Below, piece after piece: positions 27,081 to 36,378 of a DNA stretch of 62,370 bases. The notes beneath the pieces are model-generated. The model was not told the origin of the DNA and searched no databases. It saw nothing but the letters and a program-made list of their open reading frames with translations. A program made the position numbers and the translations under genes. The stretch comes from an uncultured bacterium (GTDB taxonomy: Bacteria; Patescibacteriota; Minisyncoccia; Phycocordibacterales; GWA1-40-21), in assembly GCA_903822075.1 (NCBI GenBank), contig CAIJNK010000022.1:1-62370 (forward strand), given 5' to 3'. Numbering within the stretch: the first letter of the stretch is position 1; every line of letters starts with the position of its first letter.

Positions 27081-28280
27081 TTATTTCTTGAGCACTTTAT
27101 CAATCCTCTGCGCTAACTTGATCATATCTTTCTCTTTAGCTCCACGAGTAGTCTCTCCGGCGGTACCCAGTCGAATGCCGGACGGATCCATGGGTGAGCG
27201 AGTTTCGTTCGGAATAGTATTTTTATTCACAATGATTCCTTCCTTCTCAAGTTTATTGCTGGCCTCATCCCCGCTAATTCCTTGTCCATTCATAAAAGTA
27301 TCGACGAGAATCAAATGACTGTCTGTCCCACCGGAAATTATTTTCCAGCCCAGTTTTTTTAATTCGTCGGAAAGTACTTTGGCATTCTTCATCACCTGCT
27401 TGGCATACTTTTTAAAAGCTGGTGTCGCTGCTTCTTTCAAAGCCACCGCCACGGCAGCAATCTGATTCATATGCGGACCACCCTGAAGCCCTGGGAAAAC
27501 CGCTTTATCAATCAAAACGTCAAAACCAATCGGATTGCCTTTAACACTCATCTGAGTTTTATCTTTTCGGGAAAAAATTAAAGCGCTTCTTGGTCCCCGT
27601 AAAGTTTTATGGACCGTAGTCGTCACCACATCGGCATAGTCAAATGGCGATGGATAAGCTTCACCCGCCACTAGCCCTGCAAAGTGCGACATATCTACCA
27701 TCAAAATGGCTCCGCAAGCATCGGCAATTTCTCGAAACTTTTTGAAATCCACAATTCTTGGATACGCAGTGTAACCGGCAATTATCATATTTGGTTTCTC
27801 GGCAATAGCCAGTTTTTTTATCTCCTCATAGTCCAAAACTTCAGTATCTTTATTTACACCGTAAGGCACTTGAGTCCAGATTTTTCCGGTGGCCGACACT
27901 TTATGTCCGTGCGTAAGATGACCACCGTGGTCCAAGGACATTCCCATCACTTTTCCACCCTTAGGCACAAGTGCCAAATACACCGCCAAGTTGGCCGGCG
28001 AGCCGGACAGAGCTTGAACATTCACACCCCATTTTACTGAATCCAGTTTAAAAAGTTTCAACGCTCTTTCCCGGCAGAGTTCTTCCACCTTATCCGTGTA
28101 GGCCTGGCCTTTGTAATAACGATGCCCAGGATAACCTTCCGAATATTTATTTGTGAATTTTGATCCCAAGGCCTTTAACACATCGGCGGACACATAGTTT
28201 TCCGAGGCAATCAAAGAAATGGTTTTTTTCTGTCTCACCTCCTCCGCTTTTATCAATGCCTCAATTTGTTTGTCTTGCAT
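27081..28280 (-). CDS. glyA: Serine hydroxymethyltransferase
   Basis: LIASENY, NKYSEGYPG.RYY, GGHLTHG, TTTVHKTLRGPR, GIRLGT. Confidence 0.98.
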   Translation of the reverse strand: MQDKQIEALIKAEEVRQKKTISLIASENYVSADVLKALGSKFTNKYSEGYPGHRYYKGQAYTDKVEELCRERALKLFKLDSVKWGVNVQALSGSPANLAVYLALVPKGGKVMGMSLDHGGHLTHGHKVSATGKIWTQVPYGVNKDTEVLDYEEIKKLAIAEKPNMIIAGYTAYPRIVDFKKFREIADACGAILMVDMSHFAGLVAGEAYPSPFDYADVVTTTVHKTLRGPRSALIFSRKDKTQMSVKGNPIGFDVLIDKAVFPGLQGGPHMNQIAAVAVALKEAATPAFKKYAKQVMKNAKVLSDELKKLGWKIISGGTDSHLILVDTFMNGQGISGDEASNKLEKEGIIVNKNTIPNETRSPMDPSGIRLGTAGETTRGAKEKDMIKLAQRIDKVLKK

Positions 28281-28394
28281 GTCCTTTATTTTGTTAATAT
28301 TAATAGCTATAGAATATCACCAATATGTAAAGACTGCACTATTGCATAATAAGTGATATAATTCTGATATATTATTAGTATTAATCAACAACCC

Positions 28395-29327
28395 ATGTTT
28401 GAAAACACCGTTAAAATGAGACCATATTCCGAGAGAACGCCAGATACCCAATACCAGGATTTATTGCGAAAAATCATGAAAGAAGGTGTTCGAACCGCCA
28501 CCCAATTGGACACTGACGCCATTACATTGATGGGACCCGGCTCTATGCACTTTAAACTAGAAAATGGTTTCCCGATGATTACCGAAAGAAATATGGCGCC
28601 AAAAGAAAATGAAAATTTAAAAGTGACCATCTGGAAACAAGCTATCGCGGAGATATTAGCTTTCATAAACGGTGCCCGGACTCTGAAACAGCTCGAGGAG
28701 TTTGGTTGTTCTTGGTGGGCACCCTGGGGCACGGAAGAAAAATGTCAGAAAAGAGGCTTGGAGACCGGTGATTTGGGACCCGGCTCATACGGTGCCGCCT
28801 TTCACGATTTTCCGATGATTGATGGTGATACTTACAACCAATTCAAAAATATCGTAGAACAAATAAAAGAGAAACCGCATTTACGGACACATTTTATCAC
28901 GCCGTGGATTCCACAGTATACCATCCGCGGCACTGGCAAACAGCAAAAAGTGGTCGTGGCGCCTTGTCACGGCTGGATTCATATTCGTATTATAGATAAT
29001 AAACTCACCTTACATATGTTCCAACGATCCGGTGACGTACCGATTGGCGTACCATCAAATATGGTTCAGTATGCCGCCTTAACCATGGCTATGGCTCAGG
29101 CAACTGACACTATTCCTTATGAGTACATTCACACCATTTCCGATGCGCATATTTATGTGGATCAGGTGCCTGCGGTAGAGATCATGTTACAACGAGAACC
29201 AAGGCCTTTCCCGACGATTAAAATAAACACCGATAAAAAAGACCTTTTTGCTTTTCGTTTTGGCGATTTTGAATTATCCGATTACAATCCCCATCCCGGC
29301 ATCAAGGGAATTCCGGTCGCTATTTAA
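28395..29327 (+). CDS. thyA: Thymidylate synthase
   Basis: APCH catalytic Cys, QRSGDVPIGVP.N, DAHIY. Confidence 0.95.
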   Translation: MFENTVKMRPYSERTPDTQYQDLLRKIMKEGVRTATQLDTDAITLMGPGSMHFKLENGFPMITERNMAPKENENLKVTIWKQAIAEILAFINGARTLKQLEEFGCSWWAPWGTEEKCQKRGLETGDLGPGSYGAAFHDFPMIDGDTYNQFKNIVEQIKEKPHLRTHFITPWIPQYTIRGTGKQQKVVVAPCHGWIHIRIIDNKLTLHMFQRSGDVPIGVPSNMVQYAALTMAMAQATDTIPYEYIHTISDAHIYVDQVPAVEIMLQREPRPFPTIKINTDKKDLFAFRFGDFELSDYNPHPGIKGIPVAI

Positions 29328-29348
29328 TAATAATTAATAAATAAATCT

Positions 29349-29840
29349 ATGTTATCTATCATCGCCGCCGTTGCTAAAAATAATGTCATTGGACTAAACA
29401 ATGATTTACCTTGGAAACTGTCTGCTGACTTGAAATACTTTGCCAAGACCACCGCTGGCAAATCTGTCCTGATGGGCCGAAAGACTTTCCAATCAATCTT
29501 CAACCGACTGGGACAGCCGCTGCCAAACCGCAAGAATTACGTTCTTAGTCGAACGGATGATTTTATTGCCGGAGTGGAAATGGTCAGAGATTTACCGGGA
29601 TTCCTAGCGGAACATAAGGAAGAAGAGATGTTCGTCATTGGTGGCGCAAGCGTTTATGAGCTAATCTTACCAATTGCTGATCGGCTTTATATCACCGAAG
29701 TAGACTGCAAACCGGCCGGTGACGTTTTTTTTCCAGAAATTAAAACTGGTGTCTGGCAACTGATTAGCGAAGAAAAACATGCCCGAGATGAGAAAAATCA
29801 GTATAATTACACTTTCAAGATATATGACCGCAAAAAATAA
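29349..29840 (+). CDS. folA: Dihydrofolate reductase
   Basis: IG..NDLPW.L.ADL.YF, MGRKTF.SI, LPNR, IGGA. Confidence 0.97.
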   Translation: MLSIIAAVAKNNVIGLNNDLPWKLSADLKYFAKTTAGKSVLMGRKTFQSIFNRLGQPLPNRKNYVLSRTDDFIAGVEMVRDLPGFLAEHKEEEMFVIGGASVYELILPIADRLYITEVDCKPAGDVFFPEIKTGVWQLISEEKHARDEKNQYNYTFKIYDRKK

Positions 29841-30312
29841 ATTCATTTTAAAAGAGAGCGTCAGACTAGACGACCAAAGAAAAATCTATAACAAGATAGA
29901 CGAGGAGGGCCACTGCCCTTTTTGTCGCGAAAATTTTTTAAAATATCACAAGCTACCAATTATCAAAGAAGGTAAATTTTGGATACTGACGGATAACCAA
30001 TGGCCTTATGAAAAAATAAAAAACCAATTATTGGCGGTTTACAAGACCCACATTGAACACATAAACGAGATGGACCCGCTCGCCGCCAAAGAACTGATTG
30101 AAATGTTTCAAGAAGAAAGTAAGAAGAGAAATATCCCTGGTGGCGGGATAGCCATCCGTTTCGGCTCAAATCGGGAACACGGCGGTTATGGAAATTCCGT
30201 TCTGCATCTTCATGCCCATTTGATTGAACCGGACCTGGATAAACTTGGTCCGAATGAAGCTTGGCGATTTAAGTTTGGTCAACCAAAAAACTACAAATCA
30301 AAACCCGTTTGA
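29824..30312 (+). CDS. HIT family protein 1
   Basis: CPFC and HLHAHL (HxHxH); start overlaps the folA 3' end. Confidence 0.8.
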   Translation: MTAKNKFILKESVRLDDQRKIYNKIDEEGHCPFCRENFLKYHKLPIIKEGKFWILTDNQWPYEKIKNQLLAVYKTHIEHINEMDPLAAKELIEMFQEESKKRNIPGGGIAIRFGSNREHGGYGNSVLHLHAHLIEPDLDKLGPNEAWRFKFGQPKNYKSKPV

Positions 30313-30390
30313 CTTTTCTCCAAAAAGTGCTAGTTTAGATTCCGGAACAGTGTCGGAAATAATAAGCAAAACAGAAAGAGGTTGGCTTCA

Positions 30391-30966
30391 ATGAGTAACG
30401 AACTAATAATTCCCGGCATCACAAATGGGAACATGCTGGTCTGTCTTAGCCGAGCCAAGACATATGGGCAGTACTGTAAGGCAGTGACTGACGCCTTGGC
30501 TGGTCGGTGTCCTTTTTGCGAGCTCGACCGCGTACACAACGTTGTGGTTATAGAGACCAGTGGTCTGCTTGTCTGGCATTGTAACCCGCCCGAAAAGCAC
30601 ACTCGGCTTCATTTCATTATCGCTCCCAGAAAGCACATCCTTAGCACTGACGAGTTTACGTCCGATGAAATGGTTGCTGTCTGGGATTGCCTCACGGCGC
30701 TGAAGGATACCTTCAAGTTTACAAGCTGTGGTATCTTGATCCGCGACGGAGATGCGACGCTCTCTGGTGGCACCATTCCACACCTACACATCCATGTCAT
30801 GGTGCCGGATGGAACGGGCCGAGTTGAATCCCCTTTCTATAAAGGCGCTGTGTCTGAAAGAGAAAGTCTGGCGCGGGCGATCATCTTTGAGAAGATGCGG
30901 CAAGGTGCCACTTTTGGGGATCTGACACCAGATGAACAAGTCCAAGTTCAAGGTCGATTGACCTGA
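30391..30966 (+). CDS. HIT family protein 2 (own promoter, SD, terminator)
   Basis: CPFC, PRKH, TIPHLHIHV; GAAAGAGG SD; terminator 30980-31022. Confidence 0.8.
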   Translation: MSNELIIPGITNGNMLVCLSRAKTYGQYCKAVTDALAGRCPFCELDRVHNVVVIETSGLLVWHCNPPEKHTRLHFIIAPRKHILSTDEFTSDEMVAVWDCLTALKDTFKFTSCGILIRDGDATLSGGTIPHLHIHVMVPDGTGRVESPFYKGAVSERESLARAIIFEKMRQGATFGDLTPDEQVQVQGRLT

Positions 30967-31044
30967 TTCAGTCAGTACAATAGGCGAGACGCATATACCA
31001 CGTGCGGCTCGCCTATGTTTTTGCCTGAATTTTAAATTCCCATA

Positions 31045-31878
31045 CTACTGGACAAAATAAATCTTTACCCCTTTGTTTTTCAAGACGCTCTCCCCATCTA
31101 ACACGCCATAACCTTCCTTGTAATATATCTTCTTGATTCCAGAGTAAGCAATCATCTTGGCGCACGGCGGACAAGGAAAGGTGGTTACGTACATTTCTGC
31201 GCCTTCCAAGGAAATACCTTTTTGAGCCGCCTCGGCCACTAACCGCGCCTCGATATGAATAGCCGTGGAAAGTTCCAAATTCTCCCCTTTGTGGAAACAA
31301 TTCCGTGGGTCACCATTGGCATATGGCGTATGTTCTGATGGCAAATGCTGATTATGACCGGAGGAAATCATCTTCCCGTCTTTAATAATCAGCGCTCCAA
31401 CGTGCCGCCACCAATCACTGCTTTTCTCTGCCTCTTTCTCCGCCACGCCAATCATTTTTTGGGAAAATTCAGCAGTCATTATTTCCTGATCATTGGCAAT
31501 CTTATTTTCTCTGACCGAGTTCCGCCGGTCCCAACGCAAAAAAATACTGTCAAAAGAAACTTTTTTATCTTTTAGATACTTTTCGGCAAAGCTACGTGAT
31601 ATATCATCGTTCGGCATTATTATTTCCCCGTCAAAATCGGTAACCTCTGCCAGATTATCCTTACCAAGAATTTTTATATTCAAACCAAAATTCAAAGCGG
31701 TCAAACTTTTTTTCATCAAAGCCGGATCTAAAGCTCTGATTTCCTTGCTCAAATAATCACTTTCGGCAATCAGATCGCTCCCCCATAAAAATAAGGCTTC
31801 GGCTCCATTTTGCGCCGCAATAAACTTCCGATAGCCTTCGTGTAAAACCGGTATATAGGCAAAAATAATTTTAGACAT
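31045..31878 (-). CDS. CMP/dCMP deaminase fused to an N-terminal nucleotidyltransferase-like domain
   Basis: C-terminal HIE..PCPPC zinc-deaminase motif with VGALII...G.N; N-terminal YIPVLHEGY. Confidence 0.8.
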   Translation of the reverse strand: MSKIIFAYIPVLHEGYRKFIAAQNGAEALFLWGSDLIAESDYLSKEIRALDPALMKKSLTALNFGLNIKILGKDNLAEVTDFDGEIIMPNDDISRSFAEKYLKDKKVSFDSIFLRWDRRNSVRENKIANDQEIMTAEFSQKMIGVAEKEAEKSSDWWRHVGALIIKDGKMISSGHNQHLPSEHTPYANGDPRNCFHKGENLELSTAIHIEARLVAEAAQKGISLEGAEMYVTTFPCPPCAKMIAYSGIKKIYYKEGYGVLDGESVLKNKGVKIYFVQ

Positions 31879-31879
31879 T

Positions 31880-32506
31880 TTATTTTATTTTCCCCCGGAC
31901 TTCCTTTATATCGCCCAGAACTTCCTCGATAATATTCATAATCTTCGGCGTCAGGGCCTGTCCCAGACTCTTGGCGGTGCTGATTTGTAATTTGCGAATC
32001 TTGGCGCTGGTGGAAGTGGTGGCCATAGGCTCGAGAACAATCACTTCACCGCAATACTTTTTTAAGTCTTTCAGTTGTTCTTGGGTATAAGTTTCTTTGG
32101 TGGCTATCAACACATCCGGCTTGACCGTTTTAATCAAGTGCCACTTTGGGTGCTTCAATTCTTTTAAAACCACCACATCCACCGGCCGTAAGTGAGCGAC
32201 CATTTCCAACCGCTCTTGTTGCGGCACAACAGGCCTTTCTGGTCCCTTTCGCGCCCGAACTTTTTCATCACTATCCACACCAATCACCAGGATATCACCA
32301 TGTTTTTTTGCTTCTTCAAAATACCGAGCGTGCCCAATGTGGACCATATCGTAAGTCCCTTGAGTCAAGACGATTCTCAGACCAAGACCTTTGCAATGAC
32401 TAATGACTTCTGCCAAGTTCTTGTAATCGGAAATATACCGCTTATTAAAATTTGAGGCTTGTCCAAAAATAGACTTATCCAAGACGATGTTACTTTTTTC
32501 GGTCAT
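31880..32506 (-). CDS. Cytidylyl/adenylyltransferase family protein (RfaE domain II-like)
   Basis: QGTYDMVHIGH, IGVDSDE.VR..KGPERP, STSAKI. Confidence 0.9.
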   Translation of the reverse strand: MTEKSNIVLDKSIFGQASNFNKRYISDYKNLAEVISHCKGLGLRIVLTQGTYDMVHIGHARYFEEAKKHGDILVIGVDSDEKVRARKGPERPVVPQQERLEMVAHLRPVDVVVLKELKHPKWHLIKTVKPDVLIATKETYTQEQLKDLKKYCGEVIVLEPMATTSTSAKIRKLQISTAKSLGQALTPKIMNIIEEVLGDIKEVRGKIK

Positions 32507-32528
32507 AGGTCAATTTTACACCCGACTC

Positions 32529-32566
32529 AACAAAAAACAACCCTTGATAACGGGTTGTTTTTTGTT
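32529..32566. terminator. Bidirectional intrinsic terminator
   Basis: aacaaaaaacaaccc/gggttgttttttgtt. Confidence 0.8.
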
Positions 32567-32592
32567 TGTAATTTTATATTTTATGGTGAAAA

Positions 32593-32681
32593 TTATCCCT
32601 TTACTTCTACCCACACATACTTTTCTGCTGAAAAGTTGCGCCGGGCCCGCCTCGCATCGTCATGCTCCGGCCGATAGAAGT
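32593..32681 (-). repeat. Non-coding element at the rplK 3' end (antisense plus direct copy of the gene end around a C(AGCA)G hairpin)
   Basis: 32593-32612 matches 32682-32701 at 18/20; 32673-32681 is the reverse complement of 32692-32700; hairpin 32619-32636. Confidence 0.7.
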
Positions 32682-33107
32682 TTATCCCTTCACTTCTATC
32701 CCCATAGAACGGCAAGATCCCTCGATAATCTTCATGGCGGCATTAATATCGTTGGCATTTAAGTCCGGCATCTTCTTTTCGGCAATAGCCCTGACCTGTG
32801 CTTTAGTGATTGTTCCTGCCTTCTTAACCAGCTGCTTACCAGAACCACCCTCAACTCCAGCCGCCTTCAGGATCAAACCGGTTGCTGGCGGCGTCTTTAG
32901 CTTAAAATCATAGGTTCGGTCCTCGTAAACGGTAATTTCCACTGGAACAATATCCCCCATCATTTTCACGGTGGCGGCATTGAATTTCTGCACAAAATCA
33001 CCAATATTGATACCAGCCTGTCCCAGAGCCGGACCCACTGGCGGAGCCGGATTAGCTTTACCAGCGGGAATCTGCAACTTTAATTTTTTTGTTATTTTTT
33101 TTGCCAT
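32682..33107 (-). CDS. rplK: 50S ribosomal protein L11
   Basis: [36 protein letters not shown]. Confidence 0.98.
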   Translation of the reverse strand: MAKKITKKLKLQIPAGKANPAPPVGPALGQAGINIGDFVQKFNAATVKMMGDIVPVEITVYEDRTYDFKLKTPPATGLILKAAGVEGGSGKQLVKKAGTITKAQVRAIAEKKMPDLNANDINAAMKIIEGSCRSMGIEVKG

Positions 33108-33158
33108 TGTTTTATTTTACCTGATTTAGAAGCGAATCAGATTTACTAATAAGCTACC

Positions 33159-33704
33159 TTAAATTGGGCGAATCTGCAACATATCGAGTTCCACGGAAGT
33201 CTCCCGGCCAAACATCAGAACCAATACCTTGACCTTACCGCGATCATTGTCTATTTCACTTACTTTACCCTCCAAATCCTTAAATGGACCGTCCGTAATA
33301 ATAACAGCGTCATCAACGGACAAACCGCTGTTATGTTTGACCGTACCGGCGTTCATGCGACTGAAAATATTATCAATTTCTCCCTTACCTAGCGGCACGG
33401 GAAAAACACCGGAACCCACAAACCCGGTCACACGCGGAGTGTTCCGCACCACATACCAAGAATCATCAGTCACAATCATGTCCACTAAGACATAACCAGG
33501 ATATATTTTTTCCTCTTCTTCCACCCGCTTGCCGCCCTTCACTTTTATCTTCTTCTCAATTGGTACAATCACATCAAATATCTTTTCACTCATGTTAAGC
33601 GATTCTATTCTTTGTTTCAAGTTCCTGGCCACCGCGTTTTCATAACCGGCATAAGTGTGGATGGCATACCAATTTCTTCCCTCTTGTATGTTTTGTTTAG
33701 CCAT
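33159..33704 (-). CDS. nusG: Transcription termination/antitermination factor NusG
   Basis: WYAIHTYAGYE, PGYVLVDM, VRNTP.VTGFVG, KOW domain, MFGRET. Confidence 0.98.
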   Translation of the reverse strand: MAKQNIQEGRNWYAIHTYAGYENAVARNLKQRIESLNMSEKIFDVIVPIEKKIKVKGGKRVEEEEKIYPGYVLVDMIVTDDSWYVVRNTPRVTGFVGSGVFPVPLGKGEIDNIFSRMNAGTVKHNSGLSVDDAVIITDGPFKDLEGKVSEIDNDRGKVKVLVLMFGRETSVELDMLQIRPI

Positions 33705-33705
33705 A

Positions 33706-33891
33706 TTATTTTATAATGAAAAAAGTAAGAATTTTGGCAAAAATGTAATCGAATGCTCCCAGAAAGGCGGCGACAATAATGGAAAAAACCACCACAATCA
33801 CGGTAAATAAAATTGCTTGGTTTTTGGTGGGCCAACTCACGTGTTTCAACTCTCCTTTAGTTTCCGTCAAATATTCGCCTAGTTTTGACAT
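33706..33891 (-). CDS. secE: Preprotein translocase SecE
   Basis: ELKHVSWPT plus one TM; directly upstream of nusG. Confidence 0.95.
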   Translation of the reverse strand: MSKLGEYLTETKGELKHVSWPTKNQAILFTVIVVVFSIIVAAFLGAFDYIFAKILTFFIIK

Positions 33892-34016
33892 TTTTTTATG
33901 GTTAAACTAATAAATAATGATTATTCTATCAAAAAACCCCTCCCGGGGCACCTTTCTATATTACTACATCCTTAAAATAAAAGCAACCCCCTGGTCTACA
34001 TAGACGTTGGGGGTTG

Positions 34017-34346
34017 CTAACCTTCCTTCTTTTCAGCTTCTTGAGCATCCCGCTCCAACGCCAAGAGTTGGTCAGGGTCATTCAAATCATAAACCCCAAT
34101 TACTTCTCCCGGCAAATGATAGACATAGAACAGGCGGTGACGTCCAGTGGCCATTTCGATCTGGGTTCCAATCTGGTACTCACCACGCCAATTTGGCGCC
34201 TTTGGATCGTCACTGTCATTCCATTTTGTCTGCCACCATTTACTTTTGTCTAGGTCGACTTCGATATCATCTGGTCGGCCGTAAACTACCGTAGTGGAAT
34301 AGGCGTCGAGCTGAATAAGGAAAGCTAACACCACTTCTTTGCTCAT
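34017..34346 (-). CDS. Orphan hypothetical protein
   Basis: GGAAAGGAGG SD; hairpin terminator 33982-34018. Confidence 0.65.
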   Translation of the reverse strand: MSKEVVLAFLIQLDAYSTTVVYGRPDDIEVDLDKSKWWQTKWNDSDDPKAPNWRGEYQIGTQIEMATGRHRLFYVYHLPGEVIGVYDLNDPDQLLALERDAQEAEKKEG

Positions 34347-34420
34347 ATTAAGATCCTCCTTTCCAGAGACAAGGATATAACTTCCTACAAAATATGCAAG
34401 ATAGAGAAAACTAGAAAATA

Positions 34421-35281
34421 TTACCTAATTTCGTAAGTAATACTGACATTGGAAGTGACTTTGTTCTCTCCGACCGGAATCTGCGGAGCCACAGCCGAAG
34501 GTAGAGCGGCGCCCATAACTGTTTTGTCCAAAGCATACATTACCGGGTTATTTCCGTTTTCGGAATAACTGGTGATTTTAACCAACTTAACCCCCAAACT
34601 TTTGGCTAAAGTGCTGGCCTGAGTCTTGGCATCTTGAATGGCCAAATCCCGAGCCTGATTCTGAACTTCATCTATCTTATCAATAGTAAAGGTAAGCCCG
34701 CTCACGTCCGTTACACCAAGACCACCCACACCCGATAATATTTCACTGGACTTGGAAATATCTCGGATTTTTACTTCCACAGTTTGTGATACGACATAAG
34801 CCGCCAGAACTTGCTTACCACCAGGATAAGTTTGGTTGGCCTGAACATAATCATAACGTGGATAAATATTGTAATTGGTTGTCTTAATATCCTTGGGATC
34901 CACACCCTTAGCCTTTAGCAAATCAATGATACTATTCATCTTAGTGGCGGAATCATTTGTTGCCTTAGCCACATCCAGATTCTCCGCACTGACGCCAAAA
35001 GAAACCGTGGCGATGTCCGGCTTGATCACTACTTCGCCCTTACCGGAAAAAGTGATCGTATTTACGATTTTATTGCCTTCTCTGTATCCCCCGCGATCAC
35101 CGACAAAGATACTAAGGATAAAAGCAATGATAATCACCCACAAAACTATTTTGAGCACCTTGCGGCCCTTGCCGGCCATACAAGCGCCGGGGCACCAACC
35201 CCACTTCTGGCACATTTTACAATCACACTTATTACAGTCCCCGCCCTGACACGTATTGGTGTTTTGATTATTTTCGTTCAT
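34421..35281 (-). CDS. SIMPL (DUF541) domain protein with Cys-rich N-terminus
   Basis: G.GEV...PDIA.VSFGV, A...A+.DA...A..LA..LGV.L. Confidence 0.9.
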   Translation of the reverse strand: MNENNQNTNTCQGGDCNKCDCKMCQKWGWCPGACMAGKGRKVLKIVLWVIIIAFILSIFVGDRGGYREGNKIVNTITFSGKGEVVIKPDIATVSFGVSAENLDVAKATNDSATKMNSIIDLLKAKGVDPKDIKTTNYNIYPRYDYVQANQTYPGGKQVLAAYVVSQTVEVKIRDISKSSEILSGVGGLGVTDVSGLTFTIDKIDEVQNQARDLAIQDAKTQASTLAKSLGVKLVKITSYSENGNNPVMYALDKTVMGAALPSAVAPQIPVGENKVTSNVSITYEIR

Positions 35282-35376
35282 ATTTTTATAAAAAATATAT
35301 TAAAATTAATAAACCAACTTACCTAGCTATTATAGCACATTCTATAGCCGTAGGAGATGACGGTATATTACCGGAT

Positions 35377-36252
35377 TTAGTGACGGGAAGAGGTTGTGGC
35401 CGCGACTAGGTTTTGAAAAAGAGACGCTACCGTCATGGGCCCCACCCCACCAGGGACCGGTGAAATTGCAGAAACTAAGTCCTTAACCGACTCAAAGTCC
35501 ACGTCTCCATATATTTTTCTGGTACCGTCACTATTTAATACCGCACTAATTCCAACATCGATTATTACCTGCCCTTCCTTCACATAATCTGCCCCCACTA
35601 ATTCAGGCTTACCAATAGCTACAATCAGAATATCCGCTTCGCGGGTTATTTTCTCTGGTTCCGGCGTTTGGCTGTGCACGACGGTTACTTTTGCATCGTT
35701 ATTATTCATTAAAACGGCAATCGGCTTCCCCACCAAAGCGGAGCGCCCCATCACCACCACCTTTTTATCTTTCAGGGGAATTTTATAATAATTTAAAAGA
35801 GTAAGTATCCCGCGAGCCGTGGCCGGCACTATCCCCGTCTTATCATTCGTTAAAAGTTTCCGCACATTTTCCGAACACAAACCGTCCACGTCTTTTTCCG
35901 GTGCCACTTTTTCCACCGCTTCCGCCCAGTTCAACGGTTCTGGCAATGGTGACTGAATAATTATCCCATTAACCGTCTGATCCTTATTCAACTTCTCAAT
36001 GCCGGCCAAAAGAGCCGGCTGTGTAATTTCTTTTTTTTGCCCATCAAGAGTGATCGCCAAATCGACGATAAAAGCATTTATGCCAATCTTCTTGGCAAAA
36101 GCCAGCTTCCGCTGCACGTAAATATCCGAATCCGGATCATTCCCGATCTTCACAATAGCCAAACATGGTACGGTTTTAAATTCACCGATTTTATTTTTTA
36201 AATCAGCCATTATTTCATCTCGCACTACTCTTCCGTCTAATATTTTTGGCAT
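35377..36252 (-). CDS. folD: Bifunctional methylene-THF dehydrogenase/cyclohydrolase
   Basis: KDVDG, PATARG, GRS.LVGKP, DVG, PVPGGVGPMT. Confidence 0.96.
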   Translation of the reverse strand: MPKILDGRVVRDEIMADLKNKIGEFKTVPCLAIVKIGNDPDSDIYVQRKLAFAKKIGINAFIVDLAITLDGQKKEITQPALLAGIEKLNKDQTVNGIIIQSPLPEPLNWAEAVEKVAPEKDVDGLCSENVRKLLTNDKTGIVPATARGILTLLNYYKIPLKDKKVVVMGRSALVGKPIAVLMNNNDAKVTVVHSQTPEPEKITREADILIVAIGKPELVGADYVKEGQVIIDVGISAVLNSDGTRKIYGDVDFESVKDLVSAISPVPGGVGPMTVASLFQNLVAATTSSRH

Positions 36253-36378
36253 CTGACAATACTAATATAGTTTATAAATAAAACCAAGCTCACTGTGTTA
36301 TTTTTTTAAACAAGAGAAAGGGCGAAGAAGGTTCGTTCGCCCTTCTCCGCCCGTATTTTCCTTCCCATTCAATTACCA

